Below are positions 25,157-34,794 of a DNA stretch of 64,000 nt, piece after piece (position 1 is the first letter of the stretch; every line of letters begins with the position of its first letter). Below the pieces are notes generated by a model. That model worked only from the letters and a program-made list of their open reading frames with translations. It was not told the DNA's origin and searched no databases. Made by a program: the position numbers and the translations under genes. This stretch comes from Phreatobacter sp. (GTDB taxonomy: Bacteria > Pseudomonadota > Alphaproteobacteria > Rhizobiales > Phreatobacteraceae), in NCBI RefSeq assembly GCF_022843985.1, contig NZ_JALHMP010000012.1:35471-99470 (forward strand). Direction: 5' to 3'.

Positions 25157-27370
25157 TCAGCGCACCGTGAACCGCGCCGTCAGCGTCGCGTTCGAATCAT
25201 TCCCGACATAGATCTCGTATGCACCGGGCTCGACGCGATAGCGCGCCTGGTCGTCGTGGAAACCCAGGCTTCGCACAGGAATGGCGAAGCGGACGGTCGC
25301 GTGGCCGCCGGCGCCGACCTCGACCTTCTCGAAGAAGCGCAACTGGCGGACCGGCCGCGAGCGCGAGCCGACCATCTGCCTGACATAGACCTGGACGACC
25401 TCTTTGCCCGCCGGTCCGGAGACATTCGAGACGCGAACGGAGCCGGAGACCGTGCCGTTGCGCGCCACGCGCGGGGCGTCCAGCGTCAGCGCGTCGAAGG
25501 TGAAGCGTGAGAAGGACAGGCCGAAACCGAAGGGGTAGAGCGGCTCGAGCTTCTCGTCGGTATAGCCGGTCTCATAGCGGGCATTGGTCAGGCGCGGACG
25601 GCCGGTCGGCAGCGCGTCGTAGTAGATCGGCACTTGGCCGGTGGCGCGCGGGAAGGTCATGGGCAGCTTGCCCGAGGGATTGGTGCGGCCGGTCATGACC
25701 TCGGCGAGGGCGGTGCGGCCCTCAGTGCCGAGGTGGAAGGCCTGGAGGATGGCCGCAACGCGATCGGCAAAGCGTGTCAGCACGAAGGGGCGCGTCGTGT
25801 GGAGGATGACAACGACCGGCTTGCCGGTGGCAATCAGCGCGTCGAGCAGGGTCTGCTGAACCGGCGGCAGGTCGAGATGGGCGCGCGAGGTGCCCTCGCC
25901 GATCTGTTCGCAATCCTCGCCGAGCATGACGACGACGACATCGGCGGCTTCCGCCGTACGCACGGCACCGGCCGTGTCGCCGGCAGCGAGGTTGCAATGG
26001 GTCGCGAGGCCGGGCGCGAAGCTGATCGCCACGTCGGGGCCGAGCAGGCGCGAGAGTTCGTCCGGCAGTTTCGGCGGACGGACCCGGGGCAGGCCGGCAT
26101 TGTCAGAATACTGCCAGTCCTCCTGATGGGTCGCGGCACCGCCGACGACGGCGATGGAACGCACGGACGGACGCAGCGGGAGAATCGCCTCGCGGTTGCG
26201 CAGCATGACGATGGATTCGCGCGCCACGGCGAGGGAATCGGCCCTGGCGGCGGGCGTCGCCATGTCACGCGCAGCGGTCGTTGGGTCGAAGGGCGGTTCC
26301 TCGAAAAGACCCATATGGAACTTGACGCGCAGCACGCGGCGGACCGCCTCGTCGAGGGCGGCGGCCGGTACCCGGCCGGCACGGATCTCGTCGGCGAGAT
26401 GGGCGTCATAGGCGCCCGACATCATGTCCATGTCGACGCCGGCGAGGAAGGCCTTGCGTGCCGCCTCGGCCCTGTCGGCCGCCATGCCGTGATTGATCAG
26501 TTCACGCACCGAATCGAAGTCGGAGACGACGAAACCGCGGAAACCGAGACGGCCTTTCAGGATGTCGGTGACGAGGGTGCGGTCGCCGGTCGCGGCGATG
26601 CCGTTCATGGCGCTCAGCGAGGTCATGACGGTGAAGGTGCCGGCGGCAATCGCCGCCCGGAATGCCGGCATCTGGTAGTCCCAAAGTTCAGAAACCGGGA
26701 TCCAGACGCTGTTATAGTCACGTCCACCCTCGGCAGCGCCGTAACCGATGAAGTGCTTGGCGGAGGTGGCGAGGCCGCCGCGATGGTAGCCGGCGACGCG
26801 CGCGGCGGCGACGACGGAGGCCAGGTGCACGTCCTCGCCGGCGCCCTCCATGTTGCGGCCCCAACGGGCATCGCGCGTCATGTCGATCATCGGCGCAAAG
26901 GTCCAGTTGATGCCGGTGGCACGGGCCTCGCGGGCAGACCAATAGGAGGCGAGTTCGACCAGGCGCGGGTTGAAGGTGGCGGCCTGGCCGATCGGCTGTG
27001 GGAAATAGGTGGCAAAGCCGTTGATGGCATCGAGGCCGAGGATCAGCGGAATCTGCAGCCGCGACCGGGCCACCTGCGCCCGGACGGCGGCGATCTCGGT
27101 GGGTTCGGTGAAATTCATCACGGCGCCGGTGCGGCCCTGGGCGATCCACTCGGGCCGGAAGTCGTCGCCGCGGCCGCGCAGGTTGAGCTGGCCGATCTTC
27201 TCGGCTGTGGTCATGCGCGCGAGCAGGGCATCGATGCGTCGCTCGATCGCCCGCGCCTCGGCGCCGGTCTTCCAGGCGAGAGCCGGGGGGGCGGGGGGCT
27301 GCTGGGCGAGGGCCGGCAGGGGGGCGATGGCGAGGAGAAGCGGGAGCAGGCGGCGGGTCAGGACATTCAT
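25157..27370 (-). CDS. Periplasmic GH3 beta-glucosidase (BglX-like)
   Basis: Signal peptide; RDARWGRNMEG.GED, AKHFIGYG, GFRGFVVSDF (nucleophile), GKLPMTFPR, PLYPFGFGLS, Fn3-like C-terminus. Confidence 0.93.
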   Translation of the reverse strand: MNVLTRRLLPLLLAIAPLPALAQQPPAPPALAWKTGAEARAIERRIDALLARMTTAEKIGQLNLRGRGDDFRPEWIAQGRTGAVMNFTEPTEIAAVRAQVARSRLQIPLILGLDAINGFATYFPQPIGQAATFNPRLVELASYWSAREARATGINWTFAPMIDMTRDARWGRNMEGAGEDVHLASVVAAARVAGYHRGGLATSAKHFIGYGAAEGGRDYNSVWIPVSELWDYQMPAFRAAIAAGTFTVMTSLSAMNGIAATGDRTLVTDILKGRLGFRGFVVSDFDSVRELINHGMAADRAEAARKAFLAGVDMDMMSGAYDAHLADEIRAGRVPAAALDEAVRRVLRVKFHMGLFEEPPFDPTTAARDMATPAARADSLAVARESIVMLRNREAILPLRPSVRSIAVVGGAATHQEDWQYSDNAGLPRVRPPKLPDELSRLLGPDVAISFAPGLATHCNLAAGDTAGAVRTAEAADVVVVMLGEDCEQIGEGTSRAHLDLPPVQQTLLDALIATGKPVVVILHTTRPFVLTRFADRVAAILQAFHLGTEGRTALAEVMTGRTNPSGKLPMTFPRATGQVPIYYDALPTGRPRLTNARYETGYTDEKLEPLYPFGFGLSFSRFTFDALTLDAPRVARNGTVSGSVRVSNVSGPAGKEVVQVYVRQMVGSRSRPVRQLRFFEKVEVGAGGHATVRFAIPVRSLGFHDDQARYRVEPGAYEIYVGNDSNATLTARFTVR

Positions 27371-27552
27371 CGGGGGCGCGCGGCTCCTCAGGGCATGCGG
27401 CCGGGCATGGGTTGCAACCGGCAGCGAAGGCATCAGCTTCCTAGCCGTGTTCTCACGCGTTCCGCAACGGCCCCCCAGCCGCGGCCGGGCGTCACGCCTG
27501 TTCCGCCGGCTGGCGGGTTCCGCAGGCCGCAACCTCCGGCTATAGCTCCGCC

Positions 27553-28335
27553 ATGATCGCGTCCTCCTCCCGCCTGCCCAAGCAACGCTTTGCCTCCGAC
27601 GGCGTCGAGATCGCCTATTTCGACACGGGGAAGGGCGATCCGGTCCTCTGCATCCATGGCTTCGCCTCCAATGCCCATATCAACTGGACCTATCCGGGCT
27701 GGGTGGACACGCTGACCAGGGCCGGCCGGCGCGTCATCGCGCTCGACAATCGCGGCCATGGCGATTCGGACAAGCTCTACGATCCCGCCGCCTACCACAC
27801 GACGCTGATGGCCGAGGATGCACGGGCGCTGCTCGACCATCTTGGCATCGAGAGCACGGTGGTGCTCGGCTATTCCATGGGGTCGCGCATCACGGCGTTC
27901 CTCGCTCAGCGCCATCCCGGCCGGGTAAAGGCGGCGATCATGGGCGGCCTCGGCATCAAGCTCATCGACGGGGTCGGCCTGCCGGAGACCATCGCCGAGG
28001 CGCTGGAGGCGGAGACGCTGGAGGAAGTCACCGACCCGCAGGGCCGCATGTTCCGCGCCTTCGCCATGCAGACCCAGTCGGACCGGCGGGCGCTGGCCGC
28101 CTGCATCCGCGGCTCGCGCAACCTGATGAGCCGCGAGGAGGCCGCCTCGATCGCCTGTCCGGTGCTCATCGCGGTGGGGACGAAGGATGAGATTGCCGGC
28201 GCGCCGGAGCCGCTGGCCGCGATCATCCCCAAGGGGGAGGTGCTTTCGATCCCGGATCGCGATCATATGCCGGCCGTGGGCGACAAGGTCTTCAAGGCCG
28301 GTGCGCTCGCTTTCCTCGCCCGGATCGCCGCCTGA
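27553..28335 (+). CDS. Alpha/beta hydrolase
   Basis: IHGFAS, DNRGHG.S, GYSMG nucleophile elbow, RDHM. Confidence 0.9.
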   Translation: MIASSSRLPKQRFASDGVEIAYFDTGKGDPVLCIHGFASNAHINWTYPGWVDTLTRAGRRVIALDNRGHGDSDKLYDPAAYHTTLMAEDARALLDHLGIESTVVLGYSMGSRITAFLAQRHPGRVKAAIMGGLGIKLIDGVGLPETIAEALEAETLEEVTDPQGRMFRAFAMQTQSDRRALAACIRGSRNLMSREEAASIACPVLIAVGTKDEIAGAPEPLAAIIPKGEVLSIPDRDHMPAVGDKVFKAGALAFLARIAA

Positions 28336-28364
28336 CGATTGGCCTCTCATCGGACCGCGCCGCC

Positions 28365-29219
28365 ATGTCCCAGCATCCCCGCCACGCGCGTTTCACCGGC
28401 CAGGACGGCAACCGGCTGGAGGCCGACGTCTACGGCCATGGCGAGAAGGTGGCTCTGCTGCTCCATGGCGGCGGGCAGACGCGTCATGCCTGGCGCGCCA
28501 CCGCCCGCAGGCTCGCCGAGCGCGGCTTCACGGCGATCGCCGTCGACCAGCGTGGCCATGGCGACAGTGAATGGGTGGCCAATGGGGCCTATGCCTTTGC
28601 CGATTACAGTGGTGACGCCGTGGCTCTCGGTCATGCCATCGCCGCGCGGTTCGGAGCGACGCCAGCGGTCATCGGCGCCTCGCTCGGCGGGATCGCGGCG
28701 CTCAATGCGCTTGGCGTCGCAGCCTGTTTCTCCGCCCTGGTGCTTGTCGACATCGTCCCTCGCATGGAAGAAACCGGCGTGATGCACGTGCAGAGCTTCA
28801 TGCGGGCGCGGGCCAAGGAGGGGTTCGCCAGCGTCGAGGAGGCAGCCGAATCGGTGGCGGCCTATCTGCCGAGCCGGACCCGGCCCCCGTCGACGGATGG
28901 GCTGAAGAAGAACCTCCGGCTCCGCGATGACGGCCGCTGGTACTGGCACTGGGATCCGGCCTTTCTCGAAGGCGGGCGGACGGTCAACACCGACCGGGCG
29001 ACGATCGTCGCCACCCTCGAGGATGCGGCGCGGCGGCTGTCGGTGCCGACACTCCTGGTGCGCGGCAATGCCTCCGACATCGTGTCGCAGGAGAGCGCTA
29101 ATGCCTTCCTCGCCCTCGTGCCCCATGCCCGTTTCGTCGACGTCAGCGGCGCCGGGCATATGGTGGCGGGGGACAAGAACGACATCTTCGCCGACGCGAT
29201 CCTGGCTTTCCTCGGCTGA
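28365..29219 (+). CDS. Alpha/beta hydrolase (second copy, distinct subfamily)
   Basis: LLHGGGQTRHAW, DQRGHG, GASLGG, WHWDPAF, AGHMVAGD. Confidence 0.9.
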   Translation: MSQHPRHARFTGQDGNRLEADVYGHGEKVALLLHGGGQTRHAWRATARRLAERGFTAIAVDQRGHGDSEWVANGAYAFADYSGDAVALGHAIAARFGATPAVIGASLGGIAALNALGVAACFSALVLVDIVPRMEETGVMHVQSFMRARAKEGFASVEEAAESVAAYLPSRTRPPSTDGLKKNLRLRDDGRWYWHWDPAFLEGGRTVNTDRATIVATLEDAARRLSVPTLLVRGNASDIVSQESANAFLALVPHARFVDVSGAGHMVAGDKNDIFADAILAFLG

Positions 29220-29408
29220 GCGCCTGTCGCAGGTTCTGAGGTTTTCCCAATTTTCATCAGGGGCTTGAGTAGGCAGGGTCACGCTCCGATTCCGATTCAG
29301 CGTGGCCTTCATCCTGCGGTTTCGATTCAAGATCGCCGCGCAACGCGCGGAGCGTCGGGCATTGCAGAACGGGTGAAGCAATCGAATACGGAGGGGTGGG
29401 CGACGGCC

Positions 29409-29594
29409 ATGGCGGAGCAGCAGCGCAAATCTGGACCAGGGCCACGCGCAGGGGAGGTCTCACGACGATCCGCACCGCCCGCCACCTTCGCCGCTGCGCT
29501 TCTGGTGCTGCCGACCCTCGTCCGGCAGACCTTCGTCCGGCGTGCGGTCCTCCACCGGCCAGGAGGTCGACCAGCCGTCTCAATTGCTCAGTGA
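29409..29594 (+). CDS. Possible small protein (61 aa)
   Basis: GGAGGGG upstream of ATG; fills an otherwise empty 540-bp gap; short hydrophobic core FAAALLVLPTLV. Confidence 0.35.
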   Translation: MAEQQRKSGPGPRAGEVSRRSAPPATFAAALLVLPTLVRQTFVRRAVLHRPGGRPAVSIAQ

Positions 29595-29596
29595 GC

Positions 29597-29638
29597 CTTG
29601 TTCGCGGCCTGCAGGACTCCCGCGCCCTCGCGAACAAG
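29597..29638. terminator. Hairpin downstream of the small ORF
   Basis: CTTGTTCGCG ... CGCGAACAAG perfect 10-bp inverted repeat; no U-tract. Confidence 0.35.
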
Positions 29639-29759
29639 AGGGAGGTCAAGGCGCCGGTGACCCAGTTCGCCCCGGCCCGGCGGGTGCGGCGCGGCGGCTT
29701 TGACTTGACCACCCCGGCCATGGCACACGGCGCAACCAGCGCAACAAGGGAGGTCGCCC

Positions 29760-29975
29760 ATGGACCGCACCGAGATCACCAAGATTCAGGACTACCTGCG
29801 CCGCAAGTTCGGCAACCAGACGATCAAGCTGCAGCCCAACATGCGCCGCAAGGAGATGGTCGAGGTGATGATCGGCGACGAGCAGATCGGCACGCTCTAC
29901 AAGGACGTGGATGAGGGTGAGACCTCCTACACGGTCACCATCTCCATTCTCGACATCGATCTCGAGGAGGCGTGA
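29760..29975 (+). CDS. DUF3126 family protein
   Basis: EI.K.Q.YLRRKFGN..I.......K...EV.IGDE.IG.L.KD.DEGE.SY; GGAGG RBS. Confidence 0.88.
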   Translation: MDRTEITKIQDYLRRKFGNQTIKLQPNMRRKEMVEVMIGDEQIGTLYKDVDEGETSYTVTISILDIDLEEA

Positions 29976-29989
29976 GGCCGATCGGCCGA

Positions 29990-30037
29990 TTAACCCTTCC
30001 TTAAGGAAATCGGCTCGGCCTCTTAACAAAATCCTAA
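29990..30037 (+). promoter_or_regulatory. Tandem CtrA-box-like sites
   Basis: TTAA-cccttcc-TTAA (29990-30004) and TTAA-caaaatc-CTAA (30023-30037). Confidence 0.7.
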
Positions 30038-30097
30038 TGACGCGGTACCGATCGGGACGAGGGCGGCAGGCCCTTCTGTCCCATCGGGTCGCGCGTC

Positions 30098-30418
30098 ATG
30101 TCTCAGGTCAGCCTCCAGCTTCTCCACTCGCTCGCGCTGGGTTTTGCGATTTCCGGACTTCTGGTGGCGCTCTACCGTGCACTTGCCGCCAAGCCCGCGA
30201 GTTTCCGCCTGCTGCAGAGCGGCGGCGCTGCCGCGGTTCTGGCGATCCCCTTTCTCGCCTTCGCCGCTCCCGTCATCATCGTGCGCAACACGATCCGCGG
30301 CCGCCGCATCGAGAACCGCCGGTTCGAGTTCGTCTTCCTGGCAACGCTTGTGGCGCTGATCTGGAGCCTGATGTCCGGGCGTGTGCTGACCATGGTCCTG
30401 CATGCCTTCGGCCTGTGA
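30098..30418 (+). CDS. Conserved small membrane protein (DUF6949-like)
   Basis: Three hydrophobic segments; GFA.SGLL...YR.....PASF, FAAP.II.RN..RGRRIENRRF. Confidence 0.75.
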   Translation: MSQVSLQLLHSLALGFAISGLLVALYRALAAKPASFRLLQSGGAAAVLAIPFLAFAAPVIIVRNTIRGRRIENRRFEFVFLATLVALIWSLMSGRVLTMVLHAFGL

Positions 30419-30494
30419 CCACCCGGCACGCCCCTGACATGCCCTGACACGGGCCCGGCGCATCCTCGACCCGTCACCAGCACGGGAGGGGGCC

Positions 30495-31001
30495 ATGACA
30501 GGCAATCACCGCGATCGCCTTGCGATGGAGGCCGGCGACGGCCGCCTCGATTTCGATTTCCTGATGGGTACCTGGACGGTGCATCACCGGCGCCTGCGAA
30601 CGCGGCTGTCGGCCGATACCCGGTGGGAGGAGTTCGGCGGCACCTGCGCTGCGCTGCCCGTGCTCGGTGGTGCCGGCAATGTCGACGACAATGTCCTGCA
30701 CCTTCCCGGCGGCAGCTACCGTGCCCTCAGCATCCGCGCCTTCGATCCGGCCCGCCGGCAATGGTCGATCTGGTGGCTGGACGCCCGCGACAGCGCCATC
30801 GGGAAACCTGTCCACGGCCGTTTCTCTGATGGTGTCGGCACGTTTCTCGGCGACGACATGTGGCAGGATCGGCCGGTCAGGGTGCGTTTTCTCTGGTCCG
30901 GCATGACCGTCCATTCGGCGCGCTGGGAACAGGCCTTCTCCGCCGATGGCGGGGCGAGTTTCGAGACCAACTGGGTGATGGATTTCCGCCGGGCGCCGTG
31001 A
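30495..31001 (+). CDS. DUF1579-like hypothetical protein
   Basis: FDFL.G.W.VHHRRL, FDP....WSIWW, G.F.DG.G.F, RWEQAFS.DGG..FETNWVMDF.R. Confidence 0.75.
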   Translation: MTGNHRDRLAMEAGDGRLDFDFLMGTWTVHHRRLRTRLSADTRWEEFGGTCAALPVLGGAGNVDDNVLHLPGGSYRALSIRAFDPARRQWSIWWLDARDSAIGKPVHGRFSDGVGTFLGDDMWQDRPVRVRFLWSGMTVHSARWEQAFSADGGASFETNWVMDFRRAP

Positions 31002-31082
31002 GAGCGCCTGGCCCGTTCCGCCGACTTCTCAAGCTGGTTGGCGCCGTGCGATAGCTCCTTGGCGACACGCGCGGAGGACACC

Positions 31083-31613
31083 ATGCCCATCTATGCCATC
31101 GACGGTATCCAGCCGATCCTGCCTGAGGGCGACAGCGTCTTTGTTGCGCCGGACGCCCATGTCATCGGCAAGGTCGAGATCGGCGCCGATGTCGGCATCT
31201 GGTTCGGCGCGGTGATCCGCGGCGACAACGAGTTGATCGCCATCGGTGAGGGCACCAACATCCAGGAAATGTGCATGCTGCACACCGATCCCGGCGCGCC
31301 GATGACGATCGGAACCGGCTGCACCATCGGCCACAAGGTGATCCTCCATGGCTGCACCATCGGCGACAACACGCTGATCGGCATGGGGTCGACCATCCTG
31401 AACAATGCGAAGATCGGCAACAATTGTCTGGTCGGGGCCAATTCCCTGGTCACCGAGGGCAAGGAGTTCCCCGACAATTCGCTCATCGTCGGATCGCCGG
31501 CACGGGCCGTGCGCACACTCGACGAGGCCGCCATCGCCCGGCTGAAACTGTCGGCGGCCAGCTATGTGAACAACGCCCGGCGCTTCAAGGCGGGCCTGAA
31601 GCCGGTGGGGTGA
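31083..31613 (+). CDS. Gamma-carbonic anhydrase family protein
   Basis: IRGDNE.I.IG..TNIQE..MLH, TIGH..ILHGCTIG hexapeptide repeats with three His. Confidence 0.93.
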   Translation: MPIYAIDGIQPILPEGDSVFVAPDAHVIGKVEIGADVGIWFGAVIRGDNELIAIGEGTNIQEMCMLHTDPGAPMTIGTGCTIGHKVILHGCTIGDNTLIGMGSTILNNAKIGNNCLVGANSLVTEGKEFPDNSLIVGSPARAVRTLDEAAIARLKLSAASYVNNARRFKAGLKPVG

Positions 31614-31618
31614 ACGCC

Positions 31619-32224
31619 ATGCCTGTCGTCGACTTCTACTACGAATTCGCCTCGACCTATTCCTATCCCGCGGCCATGCGGGTGGAGGAGGTCGCCGGCA
31701 AGTCCGGCGTCACCGTACGCTGGCGACCGTTCCTCCTCGGGCCGATCTTCGCCGAAGCCGGCTGGACCACCTCGCCGTTCAACCTGATCCCGGCCAAGGG
31801 GCGGTATATGTGGCGGGATCTGGAACGGATCAGCGCGACCATGGGCCTCCCGTTCCAGAAGCCCGATCCCTTTCCGCAGAACAGCCTGACCGCGGCGCGG
31901 ATCGCGACGGCCCTGCCGGACGACGGCGCGCGCGCGACTTTCTCGCGCGCCCTCTACCGGGCCGAATTCGGCGAGGGCCTGTCGATCGCCGATCCCGAGG
32001 TTCTGGGCCGCGCGCTGACGGTGGCCGGCGTCGAGCCCGCGCCGGCGATGATCGCGGCGGGATCAGACTCCGTGAAGCAGGCGTTGCGCGCCACCACCGA
32101 GGAGGCGAAGGCCAAGGGCCTGTTCGGTGCGCCGAGCCTCGTCACCGCCGACGGGGAACTGTTCTGGGGCAATGACCGGATCGAGGAGGCCGTGGCGTGG
32201 GCGCGCAGGACCGGTTCGGCCTGA
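31619..32224 (+). CDS. 2-hydroxychromene-2-carboxylate isomerase / DsbA-like (GST kappa) protein
   Basis: DFYYEFASTYSY, WRPFLLGPIF, GLFGAPS, ELFWGNDR. Confidence 0.9.
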   Translation: MPVVDFYYEFASTYSYPAAMRVEEVAGKSGVTVRWRPFLLGPIFAEAGWTTSPFNLIPAKGRYMWRDLERISATMGLPFQKPDPFPQNSLTAARIATALPDDGARATFSRALYRAEFGEGLSIADPEVLGRALTVAGVEPAPAMIAAGSDSVKQALRATTEEAKAKGLFGAPSLVTADGELFWGNDRIEEAVAWARRTGSA

Positions 32225-32237
32225 GATGGCCCCGTCC

Positions 32238-32279
32238 AAAAAGGTGACGGCCGGCCCTCGTTCTGAGGTACCGGCCGTC
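32238..32279 (-). terminator. Intrinsic terminator of the BTLCP gene
   Basis: Minus strand GACGGCCGG-loop-CCGGCCGTC-accTTTTT. Confidence 0.65.
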
Positions 32280-32341
32280 TGTTCGCGAACCCGGTCTGGG
32301 GACGGGGAGGGGTGGGACGTGACCGAGGACGCGAAACGGGA

Positions 32342-32983
32342 CTAGCGGGTGGCGACGGCGGCGGGCGCGCGGCCCGGCCCGACGGTCACCCAATGATTGG
32401 GATCGTGGGAGGCCTGCCGCTTGATGAAGCGGTAGCCGGTCTGGTTCCAAAGGCGGATGTCGTTCGTCTCGTTGTCGAGCACATAGTCGCCGCGGTCGGT
32501 GCGGACGGTGAGGATGGCGTGGCCGTCGCCCTGGCGGTCGCGGACGACGGTGATGAGCAGGGCGCTGGCCGGAAAGCCGGCTTCGATGAGCAGCTTCTTC
32601 TTCAGGAGCACATAATCCTCGCAGTCGCCACGCCCGGATGTCGGGTAGGTCCAGCGCTCCTCGGTGCCGTACTGGTCGATGTCGGTGACAGGCTCGATGG
32701 CGGTGTTCACATGGGCGTTGATGCGGATGAGCGTCGCCCAGGTGTGGCGGTCGGCGCGCACCAGGTCGATACCGCGCGGCCGATCACGGCATTCGGCGGG
32801 AAAGTCCCGGCAGAACTGCCGCCAGCCAATCGGCGACGTTGTCGCGCCCTGTTCGTTCAGGAAGGCGAGGCGATCGCCCGACCCGGCCCGGGCGGCCGGC
32901 ATCGCGGCGACGAAGCCGAGCGCCAGGGCGCCGAGCATGGCACCCCATATCTTCATCGCCCTCCAGGTGGTCTGGCCGTTCAT
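32342..32983 (-). CDS. Transglutaminase-like cysteine peptidase (BTLCP/LapG family), exported
   Basis: Signal peptide; PIGW..FC....AEC, GDCEDY.LLKKK.L, GHAILTVRTDRGDYVLDN (Cys-His-Asp triad). Confidence 0.92.
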   Translation of the reverse strand: MNGQTTWRAMKIWGAMLGALALGFVAAMPAARAGSGDRLAFLNEQGATTSPIGWRQFCRDFPAECRDRPRGIDLVRADRHTWATLIRINAHVNTAIEPVTDIDQYGTEERWTYPTSGRGDCEDYVLLKKKLLIEAGFPASALLITVVRDRQGDGHAILTVRTDRGDYVLDNETNDIRLWNQTGYRFIKRQASHDPNHWVTVGPGRAPAAVATR

Positions 32984-33262
32984 GACGTGTCCCTCCGTCG
33001 TTGGCTGGACACTGACAGTCGGGCTTTGCGGCGGGCTGAAACGAAACAGTGAAAGACGACGGGTTTGCGTCACCACTCGTTCAGTTTAACGGGGCGTGGA
33101 TTTACCCTGTGGGTTCACGCCTAGATCGGGTCTCCAACACAAGCCCCTGATAAAACAGGCTCATTCGGTGCGCGATAGGGATCGGGAGATGGTCGCTGCG
33201 CGGCGAAACGCCGATGATCGCGGGCAAGTGTAAATGCGCACAGGCGCTGGGTCTGCTTGCTG

Positions 33263-33277
33263 TTAACCGCCGTTTCA
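33263..33277 (-). promoter_or_regulatory. CtrA-box-like site upstream of BTLCP
   Basis: Minus strand TGAA-N7-TTAAC. Confidence 0.45.
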
Positions 33278-33358
33278 GCACGTCGGCATCCGATGCCCCG
33301 GGGACGGGCGGAAAGGGTTCCGCTTCCGACAGGGCCGGGGCCTGAACGGCGTGGCCCT

Positions 33359-34018
33359 TCAGCGGGCGAACATCACCGGTTCGGCGTTCGCCTTGAGGTC
33401 GGCGCCGAGTTCCTGGCCGAGGGCAAGGATGGCCTCGATCGGCTGCTGGCCGGAGAATTCGATGGCGACGCCACGCTCTAGGATGCGCACGACGCGTGCC
33501 ATGGTGCGGGAGATCTGCACGATGTCGCCGGGCTTGAGGTCTTCGGCGCCACCGATCGCCGCGCCCGACAGGGAGATGTCAAGTACACGCACCGGCACCT
33601 TGTCGCCGAGCGGCGTGGTGATGGTGGTAAAGGGGTTGCGCGGAATGACGCGCTCGTGGCGACGATCTTCCGGCAGCCCGAGGATCTGGCGGTTGGCCAG
33701 CCAGGTCAGCTGGTCGGCGAGCTTGTCGCGCTTGCGCAGCGAGGCTTCGATGGTCATCGAGAACCCGGTCTCGGTGGCGCGGACGATCATGCCCTCGATT
33801 CGGCCGATATGGTCGAGATAGGCGATGACACGCTCGCCCAGCTTGCCGACCACGGGGGCAACGATGGCGGCGCCGCCCGGAGACATGTCCACGACCTGAC
33901 AGGGGAATTCGCGGCGATCCGACAGCATGAAGCGGCCGAGCACGTCCACGCGCACGCGCTGGAAGCGACGGTTCTCTTCCGAAGATGGTCCGGACAGGAC
34001 TTTCGCGAGCGCTGACAT
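33359..34018 (-). CDS. Tandem PilZ-domain protein
   Basis: RRFQRV + DMSPGG and RRHERV + DISLSG: two RxxxR / DxSxxG sets. Confidence 0.92.
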   Translation of the reverse strand: MSALAKVLSGPSSEENRRFQRVRVDVLGRFMLSDRREFPCQVVDMSPGGAAIVAPVVGKLGERVIAYLDHIGRIEGMIVRATETGFSMTIEASLRKRDKLADQLTWLANRQILGLPEDRRHERVIPRNPFTTITTPLGDKVPVRVLDISLSGAAIGGAEDLKPGDIVQISRTMARVVRILERGVAIEFSGQQPIEAILALGQELGADLKANAEPVMFAR

Positions 34019-34091
34019 ATTCGACGGGGTTCGAGGACGATGCGTCAAAGATTAACGGCTGAGCGTTAACGCAGTGTTGCAAAGCACCTCA

Positions 34092-34694
34092 TCAGGCCAC
34101 ATTACCGCCCTGAATGATACGCAGTGCCGGTCGCGCGGAAAAGGTCATCGCGGTCGGTTGCACGGGGGACGTGGCGGCAAGCGCTGCGGGGTCTTGCCAG
34201 GTCGGCCAGACCAGACGGATCGTCTCGATCTCGATGCTGGCGAGACCGTCGCGTCCGATCCAGTAAGGCAGCTCGGCGGCACTCATGGCGCCTATCAGAC
34301 GGGCTCCGAGGCGCCCGCGATGGACGAGCGGCAGAAGGATGGCCTCGAGCGCCATGCTGCGCCCGGCCGTGCTGGTGGCCGAGAGCTGCATCAGCATGCC
34401 CGCAGGAGCTGCCAGCGCATCACCCAGGGTGCCGGTCACCGCCTTGCGCGCATCCGGGGTGAAGACGTCGAGGAAGCCGGTGCCCTTCAGTTCCCCCGCG
34501 AAGAGCGTGCAGGCCCTCGAACCGGCGAGACGGTAGATGAGGCTGCCGTTGCGATCGGTTTCGAGGACGATCGTATCACCGAGAATCGGCGCGATCGCAC
34601 GGGGATCGATCTCGGTGCGGTCGGGAGCCGGTCGGCCGGCACGCAGCTGGTCCCAGTGGGCGAAGAGGGTGCTGCTGGCGGCATTGTTCATCAT
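34092..34694 (-). CDS. PAS_5 (DUF1457) domain protein
   Basis: LFAHW..LRAGRPAP.R.EIDP.AI...LGD, YRLAGS..C.LF..ELKG, E..LLPL. Confidence 0.85.
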   Translation of the reverse strand: MMNNAASSTLFAHWDQLRAGRPAPDRTEIDPRAIAPILGDTIVLETDRNGSLIYRLAGSRACTLFAGELKGTGFLDVFTPDARKAVTGTLGDALAAPAGMLMQLSATSTAGRSMALEAILLPLVHRGRLGARLIGAMSAAELPYWIGRDGLASIEIETIRLVWPTWQDPAALAATSPVQPTAMTFSARPALRIIQGGNVA

Positions 34695-34794
34695 GGGCCT
34701 CGTCTGTGCCGATCCGGGACGGAAAATGCCCGGATGCGAAGGATCGAGACGTGATCAGCACCGCCTGTGCCATGGCCCGGCGAGGAGGATAGGG

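Noticed and set aside
29720-29736. TGGCAC as a sigma54 -24 element
   Set aside because: No TTGC at the -12 position.
33000-33090. GCAAACC ... GCAAAGCC on the minus strand upstream of BTLCP, resembling a c-di-GMP-I riboswitch
   Set aside because: No GNRA tetraloop/receptor or P1-P3 pairing could be built, and the spacing does not fit. An Infernal scan would settle it.
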